The notes: a model not told the origin generated them from the letters alone. Positions 17,786-25,712 are shown, counted from the first letter of the stretch. The stretch is 54,136 nucleotides of DNA from Dehalococcoidia bacterium (GCA_049516035.1 JBEKTM010000001.1:1-54136), one strand, 5' to 3'. Numbers and translations: made by a program.

Positions 17786-17821
17786 AGTATCCGTTAACCT
17801 TATGCCATTAAGACTAAGGCA
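17750..17821 (+). repeat. 11-bp direct repeat AGACTAAGGCA x2 (plus a partial copy at 17842)
   Basis: Copies at 17750-17760 and 17811-17821. Confidence 0.8.
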
Positions 17822-17920
17822 GGCAGAAAGCAATCCATTTGAGACTAACTTGTTAATAACGAGTGCATCTCCGCATCGAGATATTTATCGTAATTCCGTA
17901 AATAATTCTTCTAAGAACTA

Positions 17921-17949
17921 TTGACAAGCCCAAATGACTATGATATATT
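17921..17949 (+). promoter_or_regulatory. Sigma70-like promoter candidate upstream of the HTH gene
   Basis: TTGACA, 17-nt spacer, TATATT. Preceded by the TTCTT-CT-AAGAA inverted repeat. Confidence 0.5.
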
Positions 17950-18001
17950 ATATGAAATTTGATGAAATTATTTAAAAAGAGAAAAATTCAAGGATTGAAC
18001 A

Positions 18002-18172
18002 ATGGAAGAAAAATTTTGGAAAACATCAGAAATTGCGAAAATGCTTGGAGTAACCAGAAGAACGATTTACTCCTGGATAAAAGATGGAAAACTACAATCT
18101 ATAAAGATCGGTGGATCAATAAGGATCAAGCAACAAGACTTGGATAAATTCATGGGGAAACAAAATGACTAG
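18002..18172 (+). CDS. Excisionase/MerR-type helix-turn-helix DNA-binding protein (56 aa)
   Basis: WKTSEIAKMLGVTRRTIYSWIKDGKLQSIKIGGSIRI matches the Xis-family HTH pattern. It replaces the track ORF 17959..18147 in another frame. Confidence 0.7.
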   Translation: MEEKFWKTSEIAKMLGVTRRTIYSWIKDGKLQSIKIGGSIRIKQQDLDKFMGKQND

Positions 18173-18470
18173 ATTTGCCGACATCAAAGAGGCGAAACAG
18201 CTACCAGAATCAGTCAAAAGAAGCCTCGGTATTGGTAAATTCAAAGCCAAGATTCTCGAAAGAGAAGACGGCGAACTGATAGCTAAGGTCACCCAGGATT
18301 TTGGACAAGTAATAATTTCCCTTACTTATATCAAGGGTCAAAAGGCATTTAACATCGAAATTACAGAAGAAGAATTAAGCCACATATTACTCATGGCTAA
18401 AGACTTGAGAAAAATTACCGGACAATCATCTGATGACCCAATAAACGAAGCTGAATTAAAACCTAAATAA
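18165..18470 (+). CDS. Hypothetical protein
   Basis: 101-aa ORF overlapping the upstream stop. Confidence 0.55.
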   Translation: MTRFADIKEAKQLPESVKRSLGIGKFKAKILEREDGELIAKVTQDFGQVIISLTYIKGQKAFNIEITEEELSHILLMAKDLRKITGQSSDDPINEAELKPK

Positions 18471-18706
18471 CACCTGGTGAAAGAACAGCCATAAGTGTTC
18501 TTCGGACTTTAACAATAGAATAACAAGCAAAGAAAGGACTCACTGGCTCGATGAAGCAAGCCAGAAAAGCGAAATGACACATATTAAGGAACTACCGCCA
18601 AGTTAAGAAATAATAGTAAGAATATCAATCCTGACGACAGAACCAGATCAAGCTCTCACCGTGACGTGGTGATCTGGCTTTCAACAAACGAGAGCAAATT
18701 GATCCC

Positions 18707-18916
18707 ATGGATCCCAAAAGATTCAAGTGGGGAAATCATATTTTGAAAGTCGATATCGGGCCGGCGACGTCCGCCGCCATAAAGTCCGGGAAATTGTCAC
18801 GCAATCAGATCAACAAAATGGTCCGGCTCGGCAAGCCGTTCCCGGATATGGTTGTCTCCGATATCAATGACCTGGTAATAAAGAAAGTTAAGGAATATCG
18901 AGAGACTCAAAAATAA
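18707..18916 (+). CDS. Hypothetical protein
   Basis: 69-aa ORF with no clear RBS. Confidence 0.4.
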   Translation: MDPKRFKWGNHILKVDIGPATSAAIKSGKLSRNQINKMVRLGKPFPDMVVSDINDLVIKKVKEYRETQK

Positions 18917-18990
18917 ATACACTATTTAATTAAATGATGAAAGGACCCTCGATTAACCCGGGGGTTCTTTAAATATGAAGAAAGGAGAAA

Positions 18991-19016
18991 TTAATTATTC
19001 CATAGTAACACGCGGG
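18991..19016. repeat. Left arm of the 26-bp inverted repeat flanking gene 19046..19387
   Basis: TTAATTATTCCATAGTAACACGCGGG. Confidence 0.85.
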
Positions 19017-19045
19017 AAATAAAAAATAAAAATCGGAGGTAGCCA

Positions 19046-19387
19046 ATGACACAATTATTGATGACGCCCGAAGGTAAAAAGGTAATAATTAACACAGAAC
19101 ACGACGATAATTTGTACGAAGCTCCGCGCAACCCGCCGAATACAGGAACCAGATTTACATCAGGAACCAATCTTTATGCTCATAAATCCCGAACTGGTAC
19201 TGTTTACTTCTATACTTATTCCTGGAGCATGTGGGAGGGACATGAAGACAACTATGAGCTAGTTTCGGTTGACGATGCGAAAAAGTTTATTCTCGAACGA
19301 TCAACCGAAGCCAGGCGTGTTGCCGGTGGGGTAGACAAACCAACTTGTCTAAAGTATTTCCCTGGTCTCTTTGAGGAAGATGCCTAA
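19046..19387 (+). CDS. Hypothetical protein (gene bracketed by a 26-bp inverted repeat)
   Basis: 113-aa ORF with CGGAGG RBS. Flanked by the inverted repeats at 18991 and 19398. Confidence 0.6.
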   Translation: MTQLLMTPEGKKVIINTEHDDNLYEAPRNPPNTGTRFTSGTNLYAHKSRTGTVYFYTYSWSMWEGHEDNYELVSVDDAKKFILERSTEARRVAGGVDKPTCLKYFPGLFEEDA

Positions 19388-19397
19388 ATAAAATAAA

Positions 19398-19423
19398 CCC
19401 GCGTGTTACTACGGAATAGTTAA
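19398..19423. repeat. Right arm of the 26-bp inverted repeat
   Basis: CCCGCGTGTTACTACGGAATAGTTAA. 24 of 26 positions are complementary to the left arm, and one of the two mismatches would be a G-U pair in RNA. Confidence 0.85.
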
Positions 19424-19457
19424 TTTTAACTTTACGATAAGGAGGGAAGAGAAAGGT

Positions 19458-19625
19458 ATGATCATCTTAACCACAGCACAAGTAAACGAAATTTACGAAG
19501 GGATTGATTTCATGGATGATGAAGTTGGAATAGAACTATGCATCATCCGTGATGGAAAGTACATTCGAGCCAGTTACTTTAATCATAACGGTACAATCAC
19601 TCATATTAAAGAAATCGAGGCGTAA
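19458..19625 (+). CDS. Small hypothetical protein (55 aa)
   Basis: Below the track cutoff. AAGGAGGG RBS. Sequence MIILTTAQVNEIYEG... Confidence 0.5.
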   Translation: MIILTTAQVNEIYEGIDFMDDEVGIELCIIRDGKYIRASYFNHNGTITHIKEIEA

Positions 19626-19626
19626 G

Positions 19627-20010
19627 ATGAAATCTAAATTAATAGTTGGTATTCTTTTATGCCTTTGCTTAACCGCGTGCATTTCAAACAAGCCCGGTGT
19701 CGCCATTCCGCCCGGCAGCTGTACTACCAGCGACAACATTGATATCGATTCCAATGAACAAATAACAATTCAGCTGCACACCGACCAATGGCAGCAGGGC
19801 AATATTAAGGTCGTTAATACCCAGGATGCCGACTGCCTTATAGTCGAGACTGACAGACATGATAGCGACGAGACGTGGGACATAATAATAAATATAGTTC
19901 CGCAGAACCAATCGGGTGAAGACACCTACCGCGTCGTGTTGAGTAACCAGTCCAGCCAGGCAATGCATGCATCGATAAACTATTTAATTGGTCAAAAAGG
20001 GGAAGTGTAA
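19627..20010 (+). CDS. Lipoprotein (signal peptide plus lipobox)
   Basis: MKSKLIVGILLCLCLTAC carries the L-T-A-C lipobox. The start is internal to the track ORF 19549..20010. Confidence 0.65.
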   Translation: MKSKLIVGILLCLCLTACISNKPGVAIPPGSCTTSDNIDIDSNEQITIQLHTDQWQQGNIKVVNTQDADCLIVETDRHDSDETWDIIINIVPQNQSGEDTYRVVLSNQSSQAMHASINYLIGQKGEV

Positions 20011-20013
20011 GAA

Positions 20014-20238
20014 ATGAAACCCTCATGGATCAAGGTTGATGAAGAGCGCGTCCTGTCCGACGGAAGCAAGGCAAGCGTAGAGCATGTCGGCCGGATGTAC
20101 TTCTACTCCCGCCTCTACCTGAATCCGGAAGAGAATCCCATGGAGCATCAAGGTTTTACCGGCAAGGGCTCCAAAAACAAGGCCATGAAAATACTCGAAG
20201 AAGCATTGAAAAACGATGTTCTCGAGAAGGAGGAGTAG
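20014..20238 (+). CDS. Hypothetical protein
   Basis: 74-aa ORF, tightly packed. Confidence 0.5.
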   Translation: MKPSWIKVDEERVLSDGSKASVEHVGRMYFYSRLYLNPEENPMEHQGFTGKGSKNKAMKILEEALKNDVLEKEE

Positions 20239-20240
20239 CT

Positions 20241-20468
20241 TTGGAAAATGACGAAAAATATTATCCGAAAATAAGAATATTCGTCACCCGCAATTTTAAA
20301 TTCCGTGTCGAGATCAAAGAGAATAAAGATGCCAGACCCTACCAAATTACGATGGGTGGCGAAGCATGGAATTCGGGCTCGGGCCGTAAATACGAGAAAA
20401 TTATAAAAGAGAAGCTGAATAAAATCATAATTCAGCTCTCAACTGAAGCCGAATCTCTTTTAAGGTAA
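20241..20468 (+). CDS. Hypothetical protein
   Basis: TTG start 7 nt after GGAGG. Confidence 0.5.
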   Translation: MENDEKYYPKIRIFVTRNFKFRVEIKENKDARPYQITMGGEAWNSGSGRKYEKIIKEKLNKIIIQLSTEAESLLR

Positions 20469-20478
20469 GGAGGAGTAA

Positions 20479-20646
20479 ATGGAATTCCTGGAAAACAAAA
20501 TTCTTTATATCTTCGGTGAAGACGGATATTTCATTGAGGATACCAAGACCCACGAAATATGGAAGCTCAGGCCAGCGACTCCTGAAGAGCGCGATGAACT
20601 GCTTCAGCGAATGATGAAAAACTCCAATAAAGCTCTTCCGAATTAG
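20479..20646 (+). CDS. Small hypothetical protein (55 aa)
   Basis: Below the track cutoff. AAGGAGG RBS. Sequence MEFLENKILYIFGEDGYF... Confidence 0.5.
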   Translation: MEFLENKILYIFGEDGYFIEDTKTHEIWKLRPATPEERDELLQRMMKNSNKALPN

Positions 20647-20649
20647 CTT

Positions 20650-20665
20650 TATTTCTTGAGAAATA
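20650..20665. repeat. Palindrome variant TATTTCTTGAGAAATA (copy 2, one mismatch)
   Basis: Ends 16 nt before ATG 20682. Confidence 0.8.
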
Positions 20666-20681
20666 TTTTAGGGAGGTGATC

Positions 20682-21080
20682 ATGATTCAGGAAAACATCA
20701 AAGTGATGCAAAAAGATGCAAAATGCATCAAACCGCTGCACCCGGAGATCAAGGCGGCCCTCGAGAAACACGGGCAAAAATGGATAATCGCCGCCCAGGT
20801 ACACGGCTCGATTGGCTACTTCGATCCCCGCGATGCCGAACGAAACCTTAAACACTATCTCGAGGGAGAAAGGGAGGACTTCTGCGAGCGATGCTACTCC
20901 CTTTACGCCGGCAAGCTCGAGGACATGCTTCTCTGGGATATCCAAATGTTCAGATACTTCCAAGAAGAGTGCCCTGATTCCTACAAGGCGACAATGGTAT
21001 TCATTCATAAATGGATGAACCTCCCGGAAGAGCCATTCGGAAATTCAATTGGTTTAATGTACCCGGTAATAGCGCCATAA
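20682..21080 (+). CDS. Hypothetical protein
   Basis: AGGGAGGTGA RBS before ATG 20682. Confidence 0.6.
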   Translation: MIQENIKVMQKDAKCIKPLHPEIKAALEKHGQKWIIAAQVHGSIGYFDPRDAERNLKHYLEGEREDFCERCYSLYAGKLEDMLLWDIQMFRYFQEECPDSYKATMVFIHKWMNLPEEPFGNSIGLMYPVIAP

Positions 21081-21089
21081 AGGAGGAAT

Positions 21090-21338
21090 ATGGAAATCAA
21101 AAGATTAACTAACGAAGACATCCAAAAATTAAGAGCCGGAATGATCGTCTACGCGGCCGAGGATATCCACCTTATTATCGGCAAAGTCCCGATCGGCACT
21201 CGCGGAAAGATTAGCCTGGTTGTCAGGGGCAGCCACTTCATGGGGGCGCACGTTACTTTTGATAACGGCATCAAGACTACCAACCCCATGCCGGTAAATT
21301 TCCTTACCAGGGAAAAATCTGTGAAGAAAGAAGGTTAA
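21090..21338 (+). CDS. Hypothetical protein
   Basis: 82 aa with AAAGGAGG RBS. Ends in ...KKEG. Confidence 0.55.
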   Translation: MEIKRLTNEDIQKLRAGMIVYAAEDIHLIIGKVPIGTRGKISLVVRGSHFMGAHVTFDNGIKTTNPMPVNFLTREKSVKKEG

Positions 21339-21342
21339 CATG
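21323..21342 (+). repeat. Direct repeat A1 (GAAGAAAGAAGGTTAACATG)
   Basis: 19 of 20 positions identical to 21516..21535. Confidence 0.85.
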
Positions 21343-21531
21343 AAGGAAATCTGGATCCGCAGAGATAGAAACGATGGAGAAGAGGAAGAAATAACAAAAG
21401 GAGCGGCCAAGGCACGTTTAATCGGGTTTTACCATCGCATAAACGTTGCCATGGCACACGCTTCCAGACAGGTCCCACTAACAACGGGTTACGCTGATTA
21501 TTATCCCAAAGAAGAGAAGAAAGAAGGTTAG
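21340..21531 (+). CDS. Hypothetical protein (gene bracketed by a 20-bp direct repeat)
   Basis: 63 aa. Also ends in ...KKEG. The junction sequence is repeated on both sides. Confidence 0.5.
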   Translation: MKEIWIRRDRNDGEEEEITKGAAKARLIGFYHRINVAMAHASRQVPLTTGYADYYPKEEKKEG

Positions 21532-21535
21532 CATG
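21516..21535 (+). repeat. Direct repeat A2 (GAAGAAAGAAGGTTAGCATG)
   Basis: Pairs with 21323..21342. Together they bracket gene 21340..21531. Confidence 0.85.
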
Positions 21536-21892
21536 GATAATATAATACTGGAGAAAACAAGGATCAGCATTCCGCCCTATCATGAGCTCGTTAAAGATGT
21601 TCCCGCAATGCAAATGCTCCCGGCCGTTTATCGCGACGTCATGGCTGCCTTCGGAGAGGAATTCTTCACCTGCATAAGCGAGGCTGCGCGAGTCCCGGAA
21701 CCGAAAGAAATGGTCATCATTTTCAACCCGATGCGCGTCGCCGGCACGCAATACATCTGGGAATTCGAGGTTAAAAACCTCATCAAGCCCGACGATCCCC
21801 GGAAAATCAACTGGCACGGCCAGGATACCTCACAATGGGCTTATGCCGGCTGTATTCTCCTCCAGAACGGAAGGGTATCAAGGAACCATTAA
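21533..21892 (+). CDS. Hypothetical protein
   Basis: 119-aa ORF. Confidence 0.55.
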   Translation: MDNIILEKTRISIPPYHELVKDVPAMQMLPAVYRDVMAAFGEEFFTCISEAARVPEPKEMVIIFNPMRVAGTQYIWEFEVKNLIKPDDPRKINWHGQDTSQWAYAGCILLQNGRVSRNH

Positions 21893-21979
21893 ATTTTATT
21901 TCCCGGTCAGCTGTCAAGCCTCCCTCATTTCCAGGCGGCTTGAATGGTGTACAGGAATATTAAAAAGGGGAGGTGAAAA

Positions 21980-22195
21980 TTGCCAAGCGTTTACACTGAC
22001 GGCCTAAACCATCTTGACTTGCAGTATTCCAATTCTAAATTCGGTAAGGACACGATGAAATTGCGGAACGCGAAGGCTAAGCAACTCCGCAAGGAAGGCT
22101 GGACCGTCAAATGCGGACATACCAGCTTCGAAGACCTTGCTCGCGATGAAATCTATTGGATCGAGGCCAAGATACCTAAGACGGGAGGTAAATAA
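21980..22195 (+). CDS. Hypothetical protein
   Basis: TTG start after GGGGAGGTGA. Confidence 0.5.
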   Translation: MPSVYTDGLNHLDLQYSNSKFGKDTMKLRNAKAKQLRKEGWTVKCGHTSFEDLARDEIYWIEAKIPKTGGK

Positions 22196-22197
22196 CG

Positions 22198-22635
22198 GTG
22201 TTTTTTGAAAAAAGGATCTACTCCATACAAGAAATCGAAACAATCGACGATCTCGCAGAAAATCTAACCCAGCACATATGGCCGCTCTGCACCGGATTCA
22301 GCCATAAGGGGCTGTTATTCCTCAATGACTCCACTTCGGAGGACGGCGCCGGCGAATGGGCGGTACTTATTCCAAAAGATAAGATGCTCGATGAATACGA
22401 AATCGAGGATTTCCGCCCGGTGCCGCTCCCGACAAAAATCATCAAAGCCAATATTCCGGACGGCATGGCGATCCAGATCGAGAGTATCACTTTCGGCTGG
22501 TGCAACCAGCATGAAGGAGTAGAGTGCATCTTAAAATGCCTTGATTACCTCAACGGCAAAGCGCCACTGCCCTTCGCTGCACCTGCGAAAATCAACCTAA
22601 ATCACCCGGCCGGGACCTGCCGGCATTGCTCATAA
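22198..22635 (+). CDS. Hypothetical protein
   Basis: GTG start after GGGAGG. 145 aa. Confidence 0.55.
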   Translation: MFFEKRIYSIQEIETIDDLAENLTQHIWPLCTGFSHKGLLFLNDSTSEDGAGEWAVLIPKDKMLDEYEIEDFRPVPLPTKIIKANIPDGMAIQIESITFGWCNQHEGVECILKCLDYLNGKAPLPFAAPAKINLNHPAGTCRHCS

Positions 22636-22914
22636 ATGTTGTACGAAATTTTCGATATCAACCATTTCACTGTTTTGGGGCCGTCAAATACCATCGAGGC
22701 CGACCGGCACGTAGATGCAGCCCGAAAATACCTCGAAAGCATCGGCGAGGGAAACAAAACACTAAAAGTCTCAGCCAGGAATGATGTCAGAATAAAGGTC
22801 AGCCCGGTCGTTATGAAAGACGGTCGCCTCTTCCGACTCGCCGGCCGGGGGATCCGCCAGCTGTGGTTCGAGGTAAGCGAGCCAAAATCAAATAAGCAGG
22901 ACCCGATATTTTAG
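22636..22914 (+). CDS. Hypothetical protein
   Basis: 92 aa. Ends in ...KQDPIF. Confidence 0.5.
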   Translation: MLYEIFDINHFTVLGPSNTIEADRHVDAARKYLESIGEGNKTLKVSARNDVRIKVSPVVMKDGRLFRLAGRGIRQLWFEVSEPKSNKQDPIF

Positions 22915-22923
22915 GGAGATGAA
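22894..22923 (+). repeat. Direct repeat B1 (AAGCAGGACCCGATATTTTAGGGAGATGAA)
   Basis: 25 of 30 positions identical to 23405..23434. Confidence 0.75.
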
Positions 22924-23425
22924 CATGGCTGAAAAAGTCGATTACTGGATATCCAATGCTGTCGGTGCCTTTTTTGACCCTATCATCGTCATGCCCGGGG
23001 GTTGGGGCGATTCTCTGCCAGAAGCAATCAAGACTCAGATAACCCTCGAGCGTCTGATCATGAATATACAGGGATTACAGGGAGACCAGATGACCGGGAC
23101 CGACGCCGAGGCGGCAGCTTATCTCTATACCGCCTCTCTCACAGCGCCGATGGGAGATCACTGGGTTAATATTTACATGTACGTCTTTAACCAGGTCATG
23201 AAACATCAAAAAATAGAAGTTCCGGATGATCTGAAAGTTGAGACGCTGGGTAATTATGAGATGGGCATGCTTCGAGACCTCAAGGCGTGGATCTACCGGA
23301 AAAGAGTGGAAGCCAGGCAGCAGCGCGACCGGGAAGAAAGACGCGGAAAAAATAACAAGGCTAAAAACAACCCACAGCAGAATACGTTCCACGAAGATAA
23401 ATATAAACAAGACCCAATCTTTTAG
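22919..23425 (+). CDS. Hypothetical protein (gene bracketed by a ~30-bp direct repeat)
   Basis: 168 aa. The start may instead be ATG 22925. Also ends in ...KQDPIF. Confidence 0.55.
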   Translation: MNMAEKVDYWISNAVGAFFDPIIVMPGGWGDSLPEAIKTQITLERLIMNIQGLQGDQMTGTDAEAAAYLYTASLTAPMGDHWVNIYMYVFNQVMKHQKIEVPDDLKVETLGNYEMGMLRDLKAWIYRKRVEARQQRDREERRGKNNKAKNNPQQNTFHEDKYKQDPIF

Positions 23426-23434
23426 GGAGGTGAA
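23405..23434 (+). repeat. Direct repeat B2 (AAACAAGACCCAATCTTTTAGGGAGGTGAA)
   Basis: Pairs with 22894..22923. Together they bracket gene 22919..23425. Confidence 0.75.
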
Positions 23435-23683
23435 ATGCAAGAAAAATTAAACAAGCAGGGTCAAGATTACATCGCCAGCCTGCGCCAGGCGGTACACGTC
23501 CTCTGGGAAGCAATGTGCAAAGAGGAAGGCATTCCACCTGATTCTAAATTCGTTGTCTTCTCGAAGGCGACGGAAAAGAAGTTTCGCCAATTCTACGATA
23601 GAGCCTTAAATGAGCTGTGGGAAGCCGAAGCGCAATATAGGGCCGGCGGATACGTAGGATTAAAAATTAAGAAGGGAAGGTAA
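23435..23683 (+). CDS. Hypothetical protein
   Basis: 82 aa with AGGGAGGTGA RBS. Confidence 0.55.
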   Translation: MQEKLNKQGQDYIASLRQAVHVLWEAMCKEEGIPPDSKFVVFSKATEKKFRQFYDRALNELWEAEAQYRAGGYVGLKIKKGR

Positions 23684-23687
23684 TTAA

Positions 23688-24608
23688 ATGCCGAATGATC
23701 CCAAAAACATCTTTTATCACGAAGCTATTAGAAAACAACTAGACATGGCCGAATCTCTTTCAAATAACGATGTGGGTTCCTTTTCTTCGGTTATAGAGTA
23801 TCCCAACAATAAAGAAAAATATAACTTCAAAAAAATGTTCATAAGTAGTATATCAAACGCAGAGCCATTTTGGGTCTCTCGTCAAATTGAAGAATTGGTT
23901 TTATCAGCGTCAGAAAATTTACCACCTGTACCACTAACACGGGAATTATTTCCAGTACCAAATGGATTTATTTATTTTGAACAGCCCATTGAATTATCAG
24001 ATATTAAACAATCAATGATGGAAATAAATAAATTAAGGGCTATTTGTTGGGATACGTCAATCGCATCAGAAAACAGTATTCAGGGAATATTATTGATGCT
24101 TATGCTTTGGGATCGCTTCGATAAAAAGCTTAAATTATGGGTAACTCAAGGTTGGGTTTTCGGAGATTCTTATGATGCAATTCAACACGACGATGCACTC
24201 ATTGATAATCCCAAAGCCTATGAACGATTAAGTAAAGAAATTTGGAACAAGAGCGAACAAAGATGCCGTAAAATCTTTCTAACCCTATTGTGTTTTATAA
24301 AACAGAGACTTTTTACTACAATTAAAACCCCTGGAACAAATGCCCTCTATAGAAAACCAATAAACAAACCCGAGCCAGAAGTTCCCCTAATTAACATTAT
24401 TACCTTAAGGCCCAAGACAACAGTACTTTCAGGAGAACATCGAGACGTAGATTGGCAATATCGCTGGCTGGTACGTGGGCATTGGAGACAACAATGGTAC
24501 CGGTCTGATAATACACATCGGGCAATATGGATTACTCCTTACATTAAGGGCCCAGAAAATAAACCACTAAAAAAGCCGAGTGTAAATTTGTTTGCAGTTA
24601 TAAGATAA
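23688..24608 (+). CDS. Hypothetical protein in a visibly AT-richer segment
   Basis: 306 aa. C-terminal RWLVRGHWRQQWY...IWITPYIKGP motif. Composition differs from the neighbouring genes. Confidence 0.6.
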   Translation: MPNDPKNIFYHEAIRKQLDMAESLSNNDVGSFSSVIEYPNNKEKYNFKKMFISSISNAEPFWVSRQIEELVLSASENLPPVPLTRELFPVPNGFIYFEQPIELSDIKQSMMEINKLRAICWDTSIASENSIQGILLMLMLWDRFDKKLKLWVTQGWVFGDSYDAIQHDDALIDNPKAYERLSKEIWNKSEQRCRKIFLTLLCFIKQRLFTTIKTPGTNALYRKPINKPEPEVPLINIITLRPKTTVLSGEHRDVDWQYRWLVRGHWRQQWYRSDNTHRAIWITPYIKGPENKPLKKPSVNLFAVIR

Positions 24609-24626
24609 AAAGAAAGGAGGTGAAAA

Positions 24627-25703
24627 ATGACTTATGGGCCAAGAAGTCTAAAAGAACTCTACAAGCAACCGGCACACCGGACTGTGAGAGAAGTGATTAC
24701 GTCCCTTAAGGAATGGGATAAAATCCATGACCCTATGGACCGCGGCGGCATCCTGTCTCAGTTCCAGTTCATTGTTGAGGAAAGCACTGACAGCCCGGTA
24801 CCCAGATCGGCATCACTTGTCCCTTTCTCAAGTTCTATAGAGAAGAGCATCCAAGCACCCATTTATTTAATGCAACATTCTCAAGATCAACTCTTCTCCC
24901 GCCTGAGATACCCCAAAGACCTCTACGAACGCATCCCGGCAAAGCTCAACGTGCTGAACGTCAATTATCTCATCCAGCATGAAGAGAAAGACCGCGATAT
25001 CTGTCTCCGCCTTCAGGACGGCAACCAGGCAAGGGCGCTCGTATCCGGCAGATACGAGGCGTTCGATAACCTCGACCTACTATCCCTCCTTGAACCGTTT
25101 ACCGAAGACGCTCAGGTACGCTGGGAATACAACGACGGCCTTACTTTCCATCTTTCCGTCACGTTTCCCCAGACGGCCCGGGAGCTCCGGGTGGGCGATG
25201 TGGTCGAACAGGGCATCCATATCTCAAACTCGGAGGTTGCCCTGAGATCCGTTACGGTCGCCGCCTACATCTTGAAACTTAAGTGCATGAACGGGCTGAT
25301 CGGCGGCGGTAATGACGGCGGATTCTTCCGGGTCCGTCATACCGGCGACCACTCCAGGCTTTCGGATGTGGTTAAAGCGGCAATCGATTCTATCAAGATG
25401 GAAGCGGAAGGTCTAACGGCCCGTTTCAGAATGGCGCTCGATACCGCGATATCCGATCCGGTCAAAGAAATAGAAAGATTATCCAAAGAAGGAAATCTCT
25501 CCCAGGAAGCCTACAAAGCTTCCCTCGATGCCATTCTGGGAGACCCGGATGCCCATACCCTGTACGGCGTCACCAATGCCTTCACTACAGCCGCACACCA
25601 ATTTGACGGAGAACAATCTTTCGAGCTCCAGAGAATGGGTGCCAAGGCTCTCACGGAAGGGAGGGGGACTCTGATAGCCAACAGGCAGATCAGTCCCATT
25701 TAA
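24627..25703 (+). CDS. DUF932-like phage/plasmid protein
   Basis: HISNSEVALRSVTVAAYILKLKCMNGL resembles the DUF932 core (..NS.DGS....r.vC.NG.). Adjacent to a ParB-like gene, as is common for this family. Confidence 0.55.
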   Translation: MTYGPRSLKELYKQPAHRTVREVITSLKEWDKIHDPMDRGGILSQFQFIVEESTDSPVPRSASLVPFSSSIEKSIQAPIYLMQHSQDQLFSRLRYPKDLYERIPAKLNVLNVNYLIQHEEKDRDICLRLQDGNQARALVSGRYEAFDNLDLLSLLEPFTEDAQVRWEYNDGLTFHLSVTFPQTARELRVGDVVEQGIHISNSEVALRSVTVAAYILKLKCMNGLIGGGNDGGFFRVRHTGDHSRLSDVVKAAIDSIKMEAEGLTARFRMALDTAISDPVKEIERLSKEGNLSQEAYKASLDAILGDPDAHTLYGVTNAFTTAAHQFDGEQSFELQRMGAKALTEGRGTLIANRQISPI

Positions 25704-25712
25704 TGGAGAAAC

